From assembly GCA_038496445.1 (NCBI GenBank), contig JALMLS010000590.1, positions 62,001 through 126,000 on the forward strand: 64,000 bases of DNA. The letters are read 5' to 3'. Positions 39,171 through 53,300 of the stretch are shown here, one piece after another. Below the pieces are notes generated by a model. That model searched no databases, was not told where the DNA came from, and was given only the letters and a program-made list of their open reading frames with translations. Position numbers and translations under genes: made by a program. The DNA comes from Trichosphaerium sp. ATCC 40318. Taxonomy: Eukaryota; Protista; Tubulinea. How positions within the stretch are numbered: the first letter of the stretch is position 1; every line of letters starts with the position of its first letter.

Positions 39171-40264
39171 ATGGGCACAAAACAATCAACAGAGCAAGTT
39201 TGTGAGCCTTCAATGCAATATTCGCGTCACGTTGGGAAGAAGTTAGACAAAAACGGCCAGTTTACAACATATCATGGTAATTCAGCCTGTTTGTCATTTC
39301 ATGAGCTAACGTGCGTTTCTAAGGTGTCACAGTCGTTTGCGATGTAACTGAAGAGTGTAAATTAATGTATGACGCCCTAGTACGCGCTTATGAACGTATT
39401 AAACGTATGTAACAAGAAAAACCAGATAACGGTTTAAAAGTACAGTTAATCTTCTATCCTCTTAATCCACTCCAATAGAAAGTGATTTGGGCAAGTATTA
39501 CGCTCTTTTACCTCCATCAAGTTATCACATGACAGGCACGCGGATTTTTTGCTTTTTTTTTTTGCTTTGAAAGAAAAACTGAAAAAAAGGTTCCTTGTGT
39601 CTACAGTCACGTCTGCACTTTACGAAGCATTACTTCTTTTTTATCATTGCATTAGTAGTTAATACAGAAAGGTTTTTAGCTCCAATGTAGCTACTTGCAT
39701 ACTTGTTTTGAACAACCAAAAACGTTTGTACTTATGTTTTTTGTATAATCAGTGTTCGATGTTATGACGCTTGAAACAAAGCAAAAGGATATCATTAAAT
39801 GGCAAAAAGCAGGTTTTGATGAAAAGACAACACTAGAGCAACTAGAAAAAGAAATGATTAATCGTACAAATGACATATTCAAGAAAGAATCAGAAGATCC
39901 TTCAACCTTCAAAATGAAAGTAAAAAATATTTTCATGTCACCTAACGGATGTATTGGCATTGACTTGGTTTCCGCTGACGAGGAATCAGAGAAGTCTATC
40001 AGAGCTTGGAGGTCAGTAATGGGACAAGCGAGTAAGATCCCAAACAGCGCATACTATAAATTCCATGTGACACTTGGGTATCCTTTCTTAATGTTAGACA
40101 AGGAAAGATTTGATGAGGTGACAAAATTACGTAATGCTGTCTTTGCAGAGTTCAAGGATGTTGGTGTCATCACGGTGACAAAGCCAAGATTAGCTTTTTT
40201 TAAAGATATGACAGATTTCTGTGATAAACCTTCGTATGAGAGAGTAATAGATGCAAAAGAATAA
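39171..40264 (+). CDS. 2H phosphoesterase superfamily protein (DUF1868-like)
   Basis: KLDKNGQFTTYHGVTVVC, YALLPPSSYHMT|VF and YKFHVTLGY provide the two HxT motifs. Confidence 0.82.
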
Positions 40265-40379
40265 CTGTATTTTTTGTATTTAGTACGTCGACGACAAAAC
40301 AATTTTAACATCATTTAAATCATGTTAATAAACAAATACTTGCTTTTGTTTATTGGTAAAGTTTTGAACCACTTCAATT

Positions 40380-41083
40380 CTCAGTGTAAACACATACATT
40401 TGTACGCCCTCAGCAAGCCTTTGTTTAAGTGTAGAAGCAAGAAGTGGTAACATGCTAATCCTGATTCCGTTTCATACACTCTCAAAGATGGTAGCGCGTT
40501 TTTAAGCTTGTTTAATTGTTCACGTGATACTTTTCATATCTGCATCCTGTACGCATTGTATACCCCTTCTCCGACAAGCGCCAGTATAGAAAGGCGTGAC
40601 AACGACGACAATTTTCAATGGCATAATCAGTAATGTTATGCTCCATGATAAATCCAATGTTGCCAAATATATTCAGCCTTTAAATTCTTCCACTATTTTC
40701 CGAGGATTTTAGTGCATTCTCTTGAACCCTCAGCATAGCGGGTTACCTGAAAATGGAATGAATGATCTCAATGAGACGAGTGCTATTGACTCAATACATG
40801 AGTCGATAACAGATGCCACATGTGTCACGAAAGGAAACTTTTCCGTGAAATAGTTTACTGAGCCTGCATTCTTTAATACGACAGTACCATGGTTAATACC
40901 GAGTAAGCACCAATCTATTGGGGCGTTTGGTTGTTATTGGAGCTTCGTAGCGTTAGATAAGCAACAAAACATAGTTTAAAAAGTAGAAGGCGTAGAACTG
41001 TTACTGCGTAAATACCAACCTAGTAGCTACGCATCTGTTATCTTTTGAGTGTGACTTGTCCTTTTTAGGGATATAGGGCGTCA
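40380..41083 (-). CDS. Hypothetical protein (exon structure uncertain)
   Basis: Open exon-like segments (DWCLLGINHGTVVLKNAG.., LNIFGNIGFIMEHNITDYAIENCRRCHAFLYWRL) separated by GT-AG intron-like stretches. Confidence 0.3.
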
Positions 41084-41373
41084 TCAGGATGACAGTTAAA
41101 CGTAGTATTACAGATCTTCAAGCAACAAAAGTTAGCAATAGCGTGAGGCCTAAAGCGACCGAATATGTGTTGAAAGCTTGACTTTTTTGTACTAATGTCG
41201 TTTAGCACTTTACAATTGATACACGTAAGCGCGCACTAGCCCTTTTGTGAGATGCAACGCGATTTTACAAGTGTAAACAGAAATCAATAGCGTTTTTATT
41301 GTTTATTGTACGTTGTACGCTGTAGTTGTGATAACTGATACTCTTTTTGAGGAGTGTAAACGAGTCTTTTTAA

Positions 41374-44300
41374 ATGATGGAAACAAATACAGACCAGGCG
41401 TCGGGAACGTCTCGTGCTGTACAGTTTCATCAGCTAGAGTCCAGCTGGACTCAATGTTTAGTTGCTGTACGTATTTTTTTTGTTAAACTTTTTCCAACGC
41501 CTATCCTACGCGCGTGGGTGTCTCTAGAATGTTTGTAACTCTTATTTTCTTACGCTCTACATTTAAGATAGCTTCACAAGACAATCGCTCCATTACAACC
41601 TCACCAAAGATAGCAGATCGCTGTACAAAGTTTTTCAAGCAACTAGTCTCAATGAATTTCGTGTTGGAGAATTGTCTTGGTAAAAAATCAGCCTGTGATA
41701 TTGTACGTTATTTATTCTACAACACAAATAAACTCTCTTGTATTTTTGTGTTTCCCAAAGTGACACTTTCTCAAAAAAAAATTCGAAAAAAAAACGGTGA
41801 AAAAGGTGTCACTTTTTGTTTAGTGTCATTTTTTTGGATTTAGTTTGATTGTTATTATAGCTTCATGGTGTTCTAAAGGAACATCCGGATTGGGTAATAC
41901 GGGATTATCCTTATTTAACTTATCTAACTGATGCGTTGTACCATGGTAGCTCAGAGGAGGTATGTTACTTTTTTTTTTTTTTGGGTTTGGGTAACGGATT
42001 TTTTTTTGCGCTTCAGGTGAAGGAACAGCTTCAGTTATTTCAAGGAGTGAACCTAGATAAAGATCAAACATTATTACAGTGTTATCGCGCAAATAAAGAT
42101 CTATTCAAGAAGTTTAAGGCACGATTTTGTTAATATCTTCTTTTTTTAGTAAAATGTGAAACTTCGGCGTTTCTTTTTGCCGTTTGTCGTATTTGATGTG
42201 TTACTTTTATATTATTATTAACTGTTGATATCAGGGTATTATATTTAATAAGGCGTATGCTGAAATTAAGAGAAAGACATTCTTCAAATGGAAGAACAAA
42301 GATGCTCTTGTACTCAAGTTCCAATCTTTTTGTATTATCGGTAAAATACTCGCCATAGAACACCATGGCACCTCGTAAGTTATACTATATGCTTCCTCTC
42401 AATGTGTTTATTATATTAAGATAGTTTTTAGGAACTCTGATTTGGTGTCAAACTGGAAACGTTTTCTTTTGTCTGCAAACATTGACGATTTGGATATTAT
42501 TCTCTATGAAATTTACCCTGATAGCACTGACAAGTTATCTGCTATACATATTGATAAAGATGTACTGGATTTAATAATAGATAAAATTATTAGTAGTAGC
42601 AAAAAGGTACACAACAAAGACATACACAAAGGAGTGTTGTCATGACAAGAAAAAAAAACCAATTAAATTTTTTAGAATGTGATTGGATGGTTACATAAAT
42701 TGCTTCATGCTTTTCCAGTCAGGTTGACACTTGTCACTGTACAGAAGATAATGGGATTTTTGAATGGTAATATCATCTACTAGTTATAATATACTGTGCT
42801 ATATTTATGATTTGTTAAATGTAGATTACTCAGCAAGAGGGATGAAAGGAATGGAGAATGATGAACTTGATCATTTTTTTACTGTAATGGGAAAATGCTA
42901 CACTTTTGCGAAAAAAGTGAGTCGCGACATTGACAGTATTCTTGATTTCCTCATCACACAGATCAGCAGTAAGGCCAAAGTTCGGTACGTAGTTAACTAT
43001 GTATAAAGTGAAAATACTAAATACTTGATAGCCGTATATGTGAGTCATTGGCAAGAGCTGACGTTGAAGCAATTTCGAGCAAGTTTTCTCAAATTCTAAA
43101 AGTAAATATTACACAATCCAAGACAGCAAGCAATTATGTACCTGAGGTAATACAAGAGCTTCTACAGATGCGTGTTATAGTAGTCAAGGATGTACATGAC
43201 TATTTACAAGTAAGTAAAACATTGATCTCATGACCTACCTATTGTATTGTTCTAACTTAACCATTAGGCGATGTCCTTCGACTTAGCATGCGCAAAAGCT
43301 ACTATAGTAGATCTAGCACCATTACTAGATATTGTATTCTCTGACAAGGAGTTTATAAAAGCCTTTGAGGCTAACTACCATTGCCAATTATTCGGCCTTT
43401 GTTTGGTCAAGTACTTTACGGCGATTATTGGTTCTCAGGTACTTTTAATACTTCCCTATTTGTTCTCCTAATGACCGCTTTCAGGTGGATCCCACATCAC
43501 AACCCTGGCGATTTCGTAGCTTCTTACAAGACGTTCTTGTTTTGCCTTCAAGATGCACACACTTTGCGGGTCTCTTCGAGCCTTCAGCTAAGGAGTTTTT
43601 CGTAGCTGAGTTCAGGAAGTATATGGTAAGATTGCCTGCATTTACCGTGCTTAACGACAATTCTAGGTTGACCCTATTGTGTTTCATGAAAGCGTAGCAA
43701 CGTGTAGTTTCTTTACAAAATTGAGAGACTATAGGAAGAAAGCAACTAATCTATACTCAGTCATGCTTGAAGCCTTGGTACGATTAAACAGACTCATATA
43801 AACTTGTTGTAACATTAATGTAGGTTGATGTTATTGTTACATGGCATACCACACCTCAAACACCTCTTTTTATAGACCCAAGAAAGCAACATATAAATGA
43901 CCTTATTGAATGGTTGAAAAAGTACCAAATTGACTCAAAGAGTATCCTTAAGGATCATAAATTCGTTTTGAAGTACCTTATGCCTTGCGCTTGGGACTTT
44001 GCAACGATGGATATTGAATTATTAGAGCCTCCTGACTTGATGATCTTTTTCCGTGCACATGACGTCCTCGTAGAAGGACAAAAGCAATCTTCGACGCTCA
44101 AAGGATACACAGATTATTGCAGCAAGATATGGTCGGTACGTACCAAAACCTAACGAACTTACTACTTCAAAGTGGAGTAGAAGAAAACGGAAGACTTTTT
44201 TTTTTTTTACAAACTCCGAAACAATCGCCATAAAAAGCTGAAAATTTTCGCATGAGTGTTCACGTGGGATATAAAACACTACCTCGTTAGTAGACACCTA

Positions 44301-47300
44301 TACTAATTCGCCATGCCTTTTGGACTACCTCCAAGTGCCCATTGTAGTTTTTTATATTTTTGGGACCAAATAACGCTTTACTCACGTGACTGCCTAGTTC
44401 GTTAATACAGATTTAAAAGAAATGAAAGCAAGATTCGAGAATCGCCAAGTAACGAAAAAAGAAGCGCGCAAAGCACATGAGAATCTAGCCATTCTAGAGG
44501 AGAACTACGGACGATACTCTAAGAATATTATTTCAGCGAGTGATGTTGCGGACTGTTTAGCTTTATTTGAACAACTTGATACCGAAATGGATAACATCAG
44601 ACTACTACTTTATTGGTTACAACCAAGAGGCACGAAAACCGTTTTTTTGATTACCTTAGAGCACATTTCGTGTTGTCCTTTGATTTCCACATTCTTGGTT
44701 TTAACATAAGCTTTAGGCGTTGCGCGAACATCAGAACTTATTGGAAAGCTTGAGAATATAGAACAAATGAGCTTTGTAATAGTTAACATGAAGAATGCAA
44801 TTGAAGAACTAAACGAAGACCTTGAGGACCTTGAGCCTATTAGGGAGTTCCTCTTATACTTTTTAAGCCATGAAAGTAGTATATTCGAATACTATTGCTC
44901 CAAAGAACTCGATGTCTTTTGCAACAATGAAGTAATATCCATTTATCATAATTCCAAGCTAACTATGGACCTAGAATGTGACACTCAAAGAAATCTGTGC
45001 TGCTGTTGAAAAAACACGTGATAAGCTCAAGGAACTTGTAACAGATGATCAACTACCTTTATCAAAGCTAGATCCTATTGTAGAGCTTCTAAAAGGTTTT
45101 TACGGAGTCAAGAGCGAACACGAACTTGACTGCATGTACGTCAATATCCATTATTTCAGTTTTCAACTTTGCTCATATTTCTTTTAGTTTAATGGCGCCG
45201 TACTCGGGATACATCATCCCACAGAACCTTAAAACATTATTGCCATTAGTTTTTAAGCTCCTGCGCTACTGTTCCATTCTACCAGCATTAGTTGAGGTAC
45301 CACAAAGGTCTAGAAGTTAAGTGGTTAAAAATTGTTTTTAGGTTGTGACTATGTACGAGCTTACTGGAGTTCTTGAGGATCCTGCCTTTGATGAGCTCCA
45401 AAATATTGCTCATGAGCTTTCTCAACGTCATAATATCCGTGTTTGTGATGTACCTCGTTATCTAAGCGATATTACAAAGCTGATAAAGAAGGATCTGACT
45501 GATGAGCATTTATCACTTCTCGAATACACAAAGGAAGCCAAAGAATTGGTTATATTCTTGTTGAAACTAAAGCAAGATGGATCATTTAAGGAGCAATACA
45601 ACCATGTCATACATCAGCTACAAGGGCGTAAATATGACTCAAGTCTAATGAAAGATTTGTTCATGGCTTACAGCTTTGTGAGACCATTTCTAAATGCTGA
45701 GTACAACCTTACAAAAGTCATCGAAAAAGTAGACGTTACAAATCAGGATGACCTTGAAGCCTTGAGGTACAGTGTTACACAAAATTCTACTTGTTGTTTC
45801 GCTTGTCACCGTTTTATTATTGACATGTTGTGTTTAGGAATGCAGCTAAGAATGTTGAAGAAATAGAGAGTTGGTTCCGTAAAGGTAGCAAGATGGAGAA
45901 TATCTTGTACAAACTAGAAGATATTATGGAAAAGGGATGGTATGAAAGTCACCTGCAGAACTGGAAGCGAGGACGATCATGGTTATCTATCAAGTACAAA
46001 ATTGCTCATGGAAAAGAAATCATCTTTGAGGAGCAAGAGCTTGTTGAACTTCAGGCACGTGCCACCCTTTTTTTTCTTTTTCTTTTTCTTTGGTTTTTGT
46101 TTGAGTCATTGCGGCGAATTTCTTATTGGTATACAGGGACTACTTGCCACTCCCGGTAATGACTTGGATACAAAGCACTTGCAAAATATCAAGAACTTTA
46201 TTCGCATTCACAGTTTGATGAAAGACATACATTCTTTGAGGCTTAATCTCGAAAAGACAGGTATGTATTCCAACATGGCATGTTTATCTAATAATCTTAA
46301 GGACATCCTCACTATCAGGATACTAGTGAGCCTCACGTTTCTGTGCAAAAGTGTCTTGATGCTTCTTTTCTAAAGCAACTGAAACATCAACTGAAGGTTG
46401 ACATGGAGAAATGGGAGAAACAGCTACTATTACTATACAAAACCTACCCAAGGCTTCTCCTATTCAATAGCCGGTACCTATGACTTGACTTCAAAGGCGT
46501 CTAATCCAAACTCATAGAGAGATACTTATGATGTTGTCACTACTGGAAGATGCCAGAAAAGAAAAGCATGAAGAAGATGACGCTTCAACAAGAACTTACA
46601 TGTGGACTCCTTTAGCTTCTTACGCAACATGTGCTTTTCCTGAATTGGGGTGTGTTGATCACATTCAAGTTATTCGTGCTATAAAGGTATTGAACAAAGC
46701 AAGACCAGATGATGACAAAAGAGATATCACGCTCGTTTGTGACTTTTTGCAGTCGTTAGAAAAGTGCCTCAAATTGAAGCTCAAGGTACCTTTTTTAAAC
46801 TTATCATAGCGTATCTAACCCACTTTAGGCTTCTTCAGTAAGACTCAAGAGCAGACATAGTAGAAAGGTGGCTACTAAAGTACCTTATGTTGTATTACTG
46901 CCAAAAGGATCTTCAGAGAACAGCTTGGTACAAGTTACGTTGATGACAGTGTTCCCTGAGAAGCCACCTGGCTACTGTCAAATTCTATGGTGCGAATAAA
47001 AAATCAATGATAACGTCAGTTGCATGCTAAGTGAGTTCTATAGGTGCTCTGCAACAACTTCAGCAGCTGAGCTCGATATCTTTCTCCACAGAGTTCGCGT
47101 GTATGACAATCTAGAATACGCGATAATGGAAGTCAACTTGCTGCATCCTTCAATGCGTGAGACGCTTTGGAAGTTCTGTGTTGATGCAACAAAGAAAAAA
47201 ATGAGCGTACCATTGTGTCTTGTATTTTCTGAGAACACAAGTGTTGATATCTTTGCCTTCTTAGATGTAAAGACAGCAGTTACGCCTACACCAGGCGCTG

Positions 47301-50300
47301 AGAAGAAGGTACAGTAACTAATTGGTTGCATTGTAACTCACCTTTATCTCAATAGCTGCGCAGAAACCTACTTGATAGGAAGTACGCTCGCGGTATTCTG
47401 GGCGTTAAGTACATCGCTGGAGAGCCTGGTGACGGTAAGTCACATACTGCAAAGGAAACTATGAAATTGCGTGCACAAACGAATGCTTTATCGAGTACAA
47501 TCTGTACTATAAGTCTCAATGAGGATTTCACTGTTGGACAGTTTATTAAGCAAATAACGAATCACAAGGATGATATTTACAAGCGTGTTGCAAGGGTACA
47601 AACTAGTTTGTCCTTGGACATTTTGTTTACTGACTGGCTTCTTCCAGATAGAAAAGAGTGGTTGGGAAACTTGGGATGAACACGAACCTACCAGGCTTCC
47701 ACCAAGGTTACCTATTTCATATGATTTCTCACGTGATAGATTGGAGCAAATTGGAAATCAAATGCTTGAAGAGGCACACTTATTTGAAATTACAAAAGAA
47801 ATATCGAATCGTGTTAACTCTGAAATAGGCTAAGGGCTCGTATTCACCACTTCGTACTAAAGGGCGATCTACATCGATTGCAGATGATGCTCCTGTACCT
47901 CTACAATCATTCAAACGCGAATCTAATATCGTAGATGATGGATTTGGTAAGCACCATATCAACACTTTTTTTTGAGTTGACTTTATGTACTAGATTCAAA
48001 GTTAAGGGAGACTATAACACCGTTTATATTCGTTCATTTTAATATTTCCTGTTTTGCACCAATGAAGCGGTTAAACCGTTTCTTGTTTGATCTACTTATT
48101 TGTGGTATTGTAAGCGATCCAAGTACCGGAATGATATTCTCTTTACCTGACAACACATCATGGAGATTCGTTGTAGAAGTTCCAAATAAGAGACCAGGTG
48201 TATGTTGTTTGATTACGTACACAAACATGTCAACTTACTGCTCATGTTAGGAAATATATAGCGATGATTATGGCGTTGACGCACGTCTACCAATAGTCAA
48301 ATATGTAGGCACAGAAACTGTTGTCAAAGGTGACTTTCCAAGGTTTATTGTACGTGCCCTTTTTTTTTAAATCTTATGAGTTCATCAGTTGTTAATTCAT
48401 TTATAGATTGGGGCTGAAGCAATTAGAGTCCTTTCAATTCATAGGACTGTACGCTTACGTGCAGACAACAGCACCAAAAATCCTCGCCCAAGAGCGAAGT
48501 ATAAAGGGTTAGTTTTGTTACCTATGACCAAATGGTATTCTTCAATTATCTTAACAAGTTGTAGAAATCCAATCTCGCGGTGGTACCCTTGGAAGATTCC
48601 AACAGCAACAGAAGATCAATGTTACGAAGAATTGGACTGGATAGAGAAAAAATGGCTAAGCGAAGAGTTAAAACGTCGCAGAACGGCAAGGTAAAACATC
48701 TTTATAAGAAACAAGAAACTAAATTATTTCAAGCGCCACAAGCGCACATGATAGTGAGGAAGCATATCTGAACAGCTCAAGACCAATGCGTCGTTCTAAG
48801 CTACACCAAGCCCACTTTATTCGTTACATGGCTCAACGTCTAGATGAGCTCTCAGACCTCAACACTCTACTGAACAAAAACTTTGGATCAACGCTTGTTT
48901 TCCCTGATTACGAACACCTTGTTAACTTGATCATTGAAGAATCCTACTTTTTCTGCTCAAGGTATTACAGAGGCGGTAAGGTGAGTACAGTGACTGTGAT
49001 AAACAAGTACGGTATAAAGCCACCACCAGAGGATGAAGAGGATATTAAACGCCAAGTTGGTAACATCAACCAATACGTTCGCGTGATTGTACCTAAAGAA
49101 AAAGAGCTCTCAACACGCATGAAGAACCTTCTTTTTAAACAGTTAGCAATTAAACCAGCATCTACAGGAGCTCAAAAACAAGGTAATGCTATACTAGAGC
49201 TTCTTGGTATAGAGCTAGGAATCATTGAAAATGGAAAACCGAATGTCAAACTTATTTCTGAAATATTGGATGAAAATGAGTACATTATGACTTTAGACTT
49301 TGCTGTAAAAATGATACAACTCAACCAAAGACGTAAGAGTAGGATTCCAACAATCCTACAAGGTGAGACCGGTGTAGGAAAGGTAAGTAGCACAAAATCT
49401 TGATTTCCCAAACTCATTTGCCTCTTTTTTTTTAGACATTCCTGTTACAAGTTTATACAAAGCTTCTTAATGCTTCGAACTCTCTTCAAGCTGATATACC
49501 AGAGAAGCAATATGAGTTCTTGCTAAATACTGTATTGGACATTGAGACGTATCGCAAGAAGATTAAGAAATCTCAGTATGATGAGATTAAACATAAACTT
49601 GAAGTACTTCGTTACCAAGTAAAACATAAGTGGCAAGAAGGTGTTGCTTCTGGATGGGCAAATGTTGAAAAGCGGTTTTTGATGCTTAATATCATAAAGA
49701 GCTTTGAGCTTGATAAAGATGTTAAAAGACTTGTTTTACAACGTGATTGCGTTGACTGGAAACGATTTGTGTCAAACCAGCTCGTCAGAAATCCTTTCCT
49801 TATTCCATCACCAGGTGACTCATTTTTCTGTTCTTACTGTAGCATCTAATAACATCTCTTTGTAGAACTCCAGAGCGTCATGGATGAAGAACACACGCCA
49901 ATGAATGTGTTGAATATCACAAAGATTGTTCTTTTGCTTAAGGAGTTGGGAAGATTGAGAACAATGGACTTGTTCTTTAAGATACCTGTCCACTCTGCAT
50001 TAAGGTCTATGGATTTTATTGATCAGATAATACCAGTAAGCAAAAAGGCACAGAGATTGATTGGATTCAAGAACCTGACGTTTACTGTATTCTTGGATGA
50101 AGTGAACACTAGTTCTTGTCTTGGGCTGGTGCGTCAGAAATATAGTGAGTGGTAAATGTTTGTTGCTTACACGTGTTGATTTTTAGGTTAAAGAAATCAT
50201 TACAGACAATACGCTAAATGGACAACCTTTACCAACAAATATATTTTGGGTTGCTGCTATCAATCCTCATCGTATTTACTCCCCTGCGCATCCACATGAT

Positions 50301-53300
50301 GCACACTTTATAGAACAGAGCTTCAGGTACGCCTCAATTAAATTACCTTGCGCTGCGTTTTGGCTCAATGATCATTTCAGAGACTCTTATAATGTTCGAC
50401 AATTGCCACCGCCTTTGAACCAAATGGTTATTGATTATCACGCCATGGACACTGAACAAGAATTGGATTATATCCAAGCCAAGTTGCTATTTGATAGAAC
50501 CCAGAAAGATTCAGAATCAGTCCATCTCCTTGGCCACATCCCTGGCTTCGCGATGATAATCCACAAAGCGCAAATTTTCCTCAGGTACAATTTTTATTCA
50601 AACAGTACTGTTGTATATTTACTAGCGTTTAGGAAATGGTATGGTGAATCAGCTGTATCACAAAGAGATATTCAACGTGTATTTACCCTTGTTGATTGGT
50701 TTATACGAAACCAACGTGCACAACAGAAGCTCGGTATGGGTATTTGGAAGGATATTGAGGTGAGTTTTTTTGCTTTGTGGTTTCGGGAGATGATTTTTTG
50801 ACTGTTTAATTTAGGTTAAAGATACAAGAGCTTGTCGTAAAACACGTGCAGTAATGCTTGCAGTAGCATTAAACTACTACATGCGCCTTTCTACTAATAT
50901 ACGTGGTCACAACCTTCGTAAAGGCTTTGTGAAGACAATGGACGAACTACTTAAGCAATACGATCTTTTAAGCACTTTACCTACTACACCTACAGAAAAC
51001 TCTTTTCTTCATATACTCAATAACGAGATGAACACGTTTGTAAATGAGATGACTATTCCTCCTGGTATTGCTATTAATCTAGCTCTAAAGGAGAATATAT
51101 TCGCTATGATTGTTGCTATTGATGCTACAATTCCACTCATTATACAGGGAATGCCTGGTTCATCAAAGACTCTTAGTTTTAATATCATCTTGGCTGAGAA
51201 TCTTGGAAAGAAAGTAAAGAAAAAGGGTGCAAAGAGTTCACCTTTCCATAACTTATTTCCTGTGCTACAACCGAGGTACAAACTGCCCTAGCATTGTATG
51301 ATAATCAACGGATTTTTTTTAGATACTTTCAATGCAGCGTTGATTCAACATCCTTCCAGATTGAGAGGACGTTTAAAGCAGCTATTGAGTTACAAGAAGC
51401 ATTTCAAAAACGAGGTGTTAATGAGAAGTGTGTCATTCTCTTGGATGAAGCCGGTCAGTTTATATTTTATGATTGATAGTTGACTTGTTTTTAGGATTAC
51501 CGGAGGAGAGCAAGGAGTCATTGAAGATTCTTCATTACTACTTTGATAACCCAAGAGTATCTGCTGTTATAATTACTAATAACCCTCTCGATGCTGCAAA
51601 GACTAACAGGGCTATAAACGTCTACAGACCTCCGCCTACGCTAAAGGATCTCAAAGAACTAGCAAAAGGTACTTGCACTCTTCAAGTGTTCGTCTTCTCA
51701 CTTGTCGGTTTCTAGGTTGTCTGCAAATGCAACTCTCAGGAGAACGTGAAAAAATTGTTGATGGCCTTTGCTCGGCTTACCACATCCTACAAAAACGATT
51801 TCATTACATGTTCCAACTCCGTGATTTCTACCATTTTCTAAGGCAAGCTCAAAACACTTTATCGCACGTGTAGTTAACATTTTGTTTTAGGTATATACAT
51901 AGACACAGTAAAAAAGGTGAAATCACTCCAGATGTTATTGTGCGTGCTATAGAACGTAACTTTAATGGTGTATCTGGAGAAGAGTTCAGGGAAGTTCTCA
52001 ATATTGTTGCTACAAGCATTAAGATTCGCCATTTCCTAGACGCCAACAAGATCTTGCCAAGGCACGATCCACAATAACACCTTCAATGACTTTAAACTGA
52101 CGCTATATCTTTGTTTATAGAAGCGAGATTGAAACACTTAAGGAGAGCTTAGCAGATGTAGAAATATCGCCAGATTTGATTAACGATCTTGGTTCTCGTT
52201 ATAAGCTCATTATAGATCAGAGTAATGATGAATCCTCCCATTCTATTCTTTTTGATCTTGGCATTCTTGACCCTAAAAAGACTCTTGTATTCAATTTTTC
52301 AGACTTTCCAGAAGACAAGAATCAACTACAATTGAACAACATTATCTCCAATATCAAGCTAGCAATGGCTCGAGGTAGCACTATTCTTTTAATCAACTGT
52401 GACTCTATTTACAGTAGTTTCTACGATCTCTTCAACAAAAGGTACACACTGAAAACAGCATTCTTGTTAACCTTATTGTTAATATTCTTGCTTTAAGGTT
52501 CAAAGTACTACGAAGAGGAAAAGATAAGCAAAAGATAGAACTATTTTGTAATGTTTCTCTTGGCGCTTCAAGTCAGATTTGTGAAGTACACTCAGACTTT
52601 CAATGTATTATATACTTGCCTCTACGTCGCTTAGATACCACCCCAACAGCTTTCCTTAACAGGCACGGAATTAAAACATGTATTCCTGCTTGTATTGACA
52701 TTTCTTAGGTTTGAGAAGTACAGGCTGACAATCAAGGGCGTTTTTAAGTACCTTGAGAGAACGAAAGATTACGTCAAGTATCAATCTCTTGGTCATATTG
52801 CCGCACAAGTACAAAACTTTGTAAAGAAATTAGGCATCACAAGTTTTTACGGCATGAGACCTGCTTCTCTTACTTCAGTTGTGGCATCTTTGCTCATCAC
52901 TGCACGTGATAGCAACAATCTCAGTCTGAGAGGTACAATACAGTGAATAAAAGGTATTAATAGAGCTAACAATTACCAGATAGCAAAGACACAAATGGTA
53001 AAGACTTGATGGGATCTAGGATACATAACAAAGCAACACAAGTCATCATTGAGTTTAATACAAAACTACTTCAACTTGTTAGACCTGAAGCAATCTTCCT
53101 CAAACGTAAAGAGATCCGTCAGTTATACCTAGATGAGTATCTACACCATCAAGAACATTTTAGCTTAACAAGATTCCTTGCAAAACTACTTGAGAAACCA
53201 AAAGTCGATGCAACTCAAAAATGTATTGTATTTTCAAGAGAAACGGGTACGTACCTTATTGTGCGTTTTCTGTCAAATCAAGCGAGGCTTCAAAGAAAAC

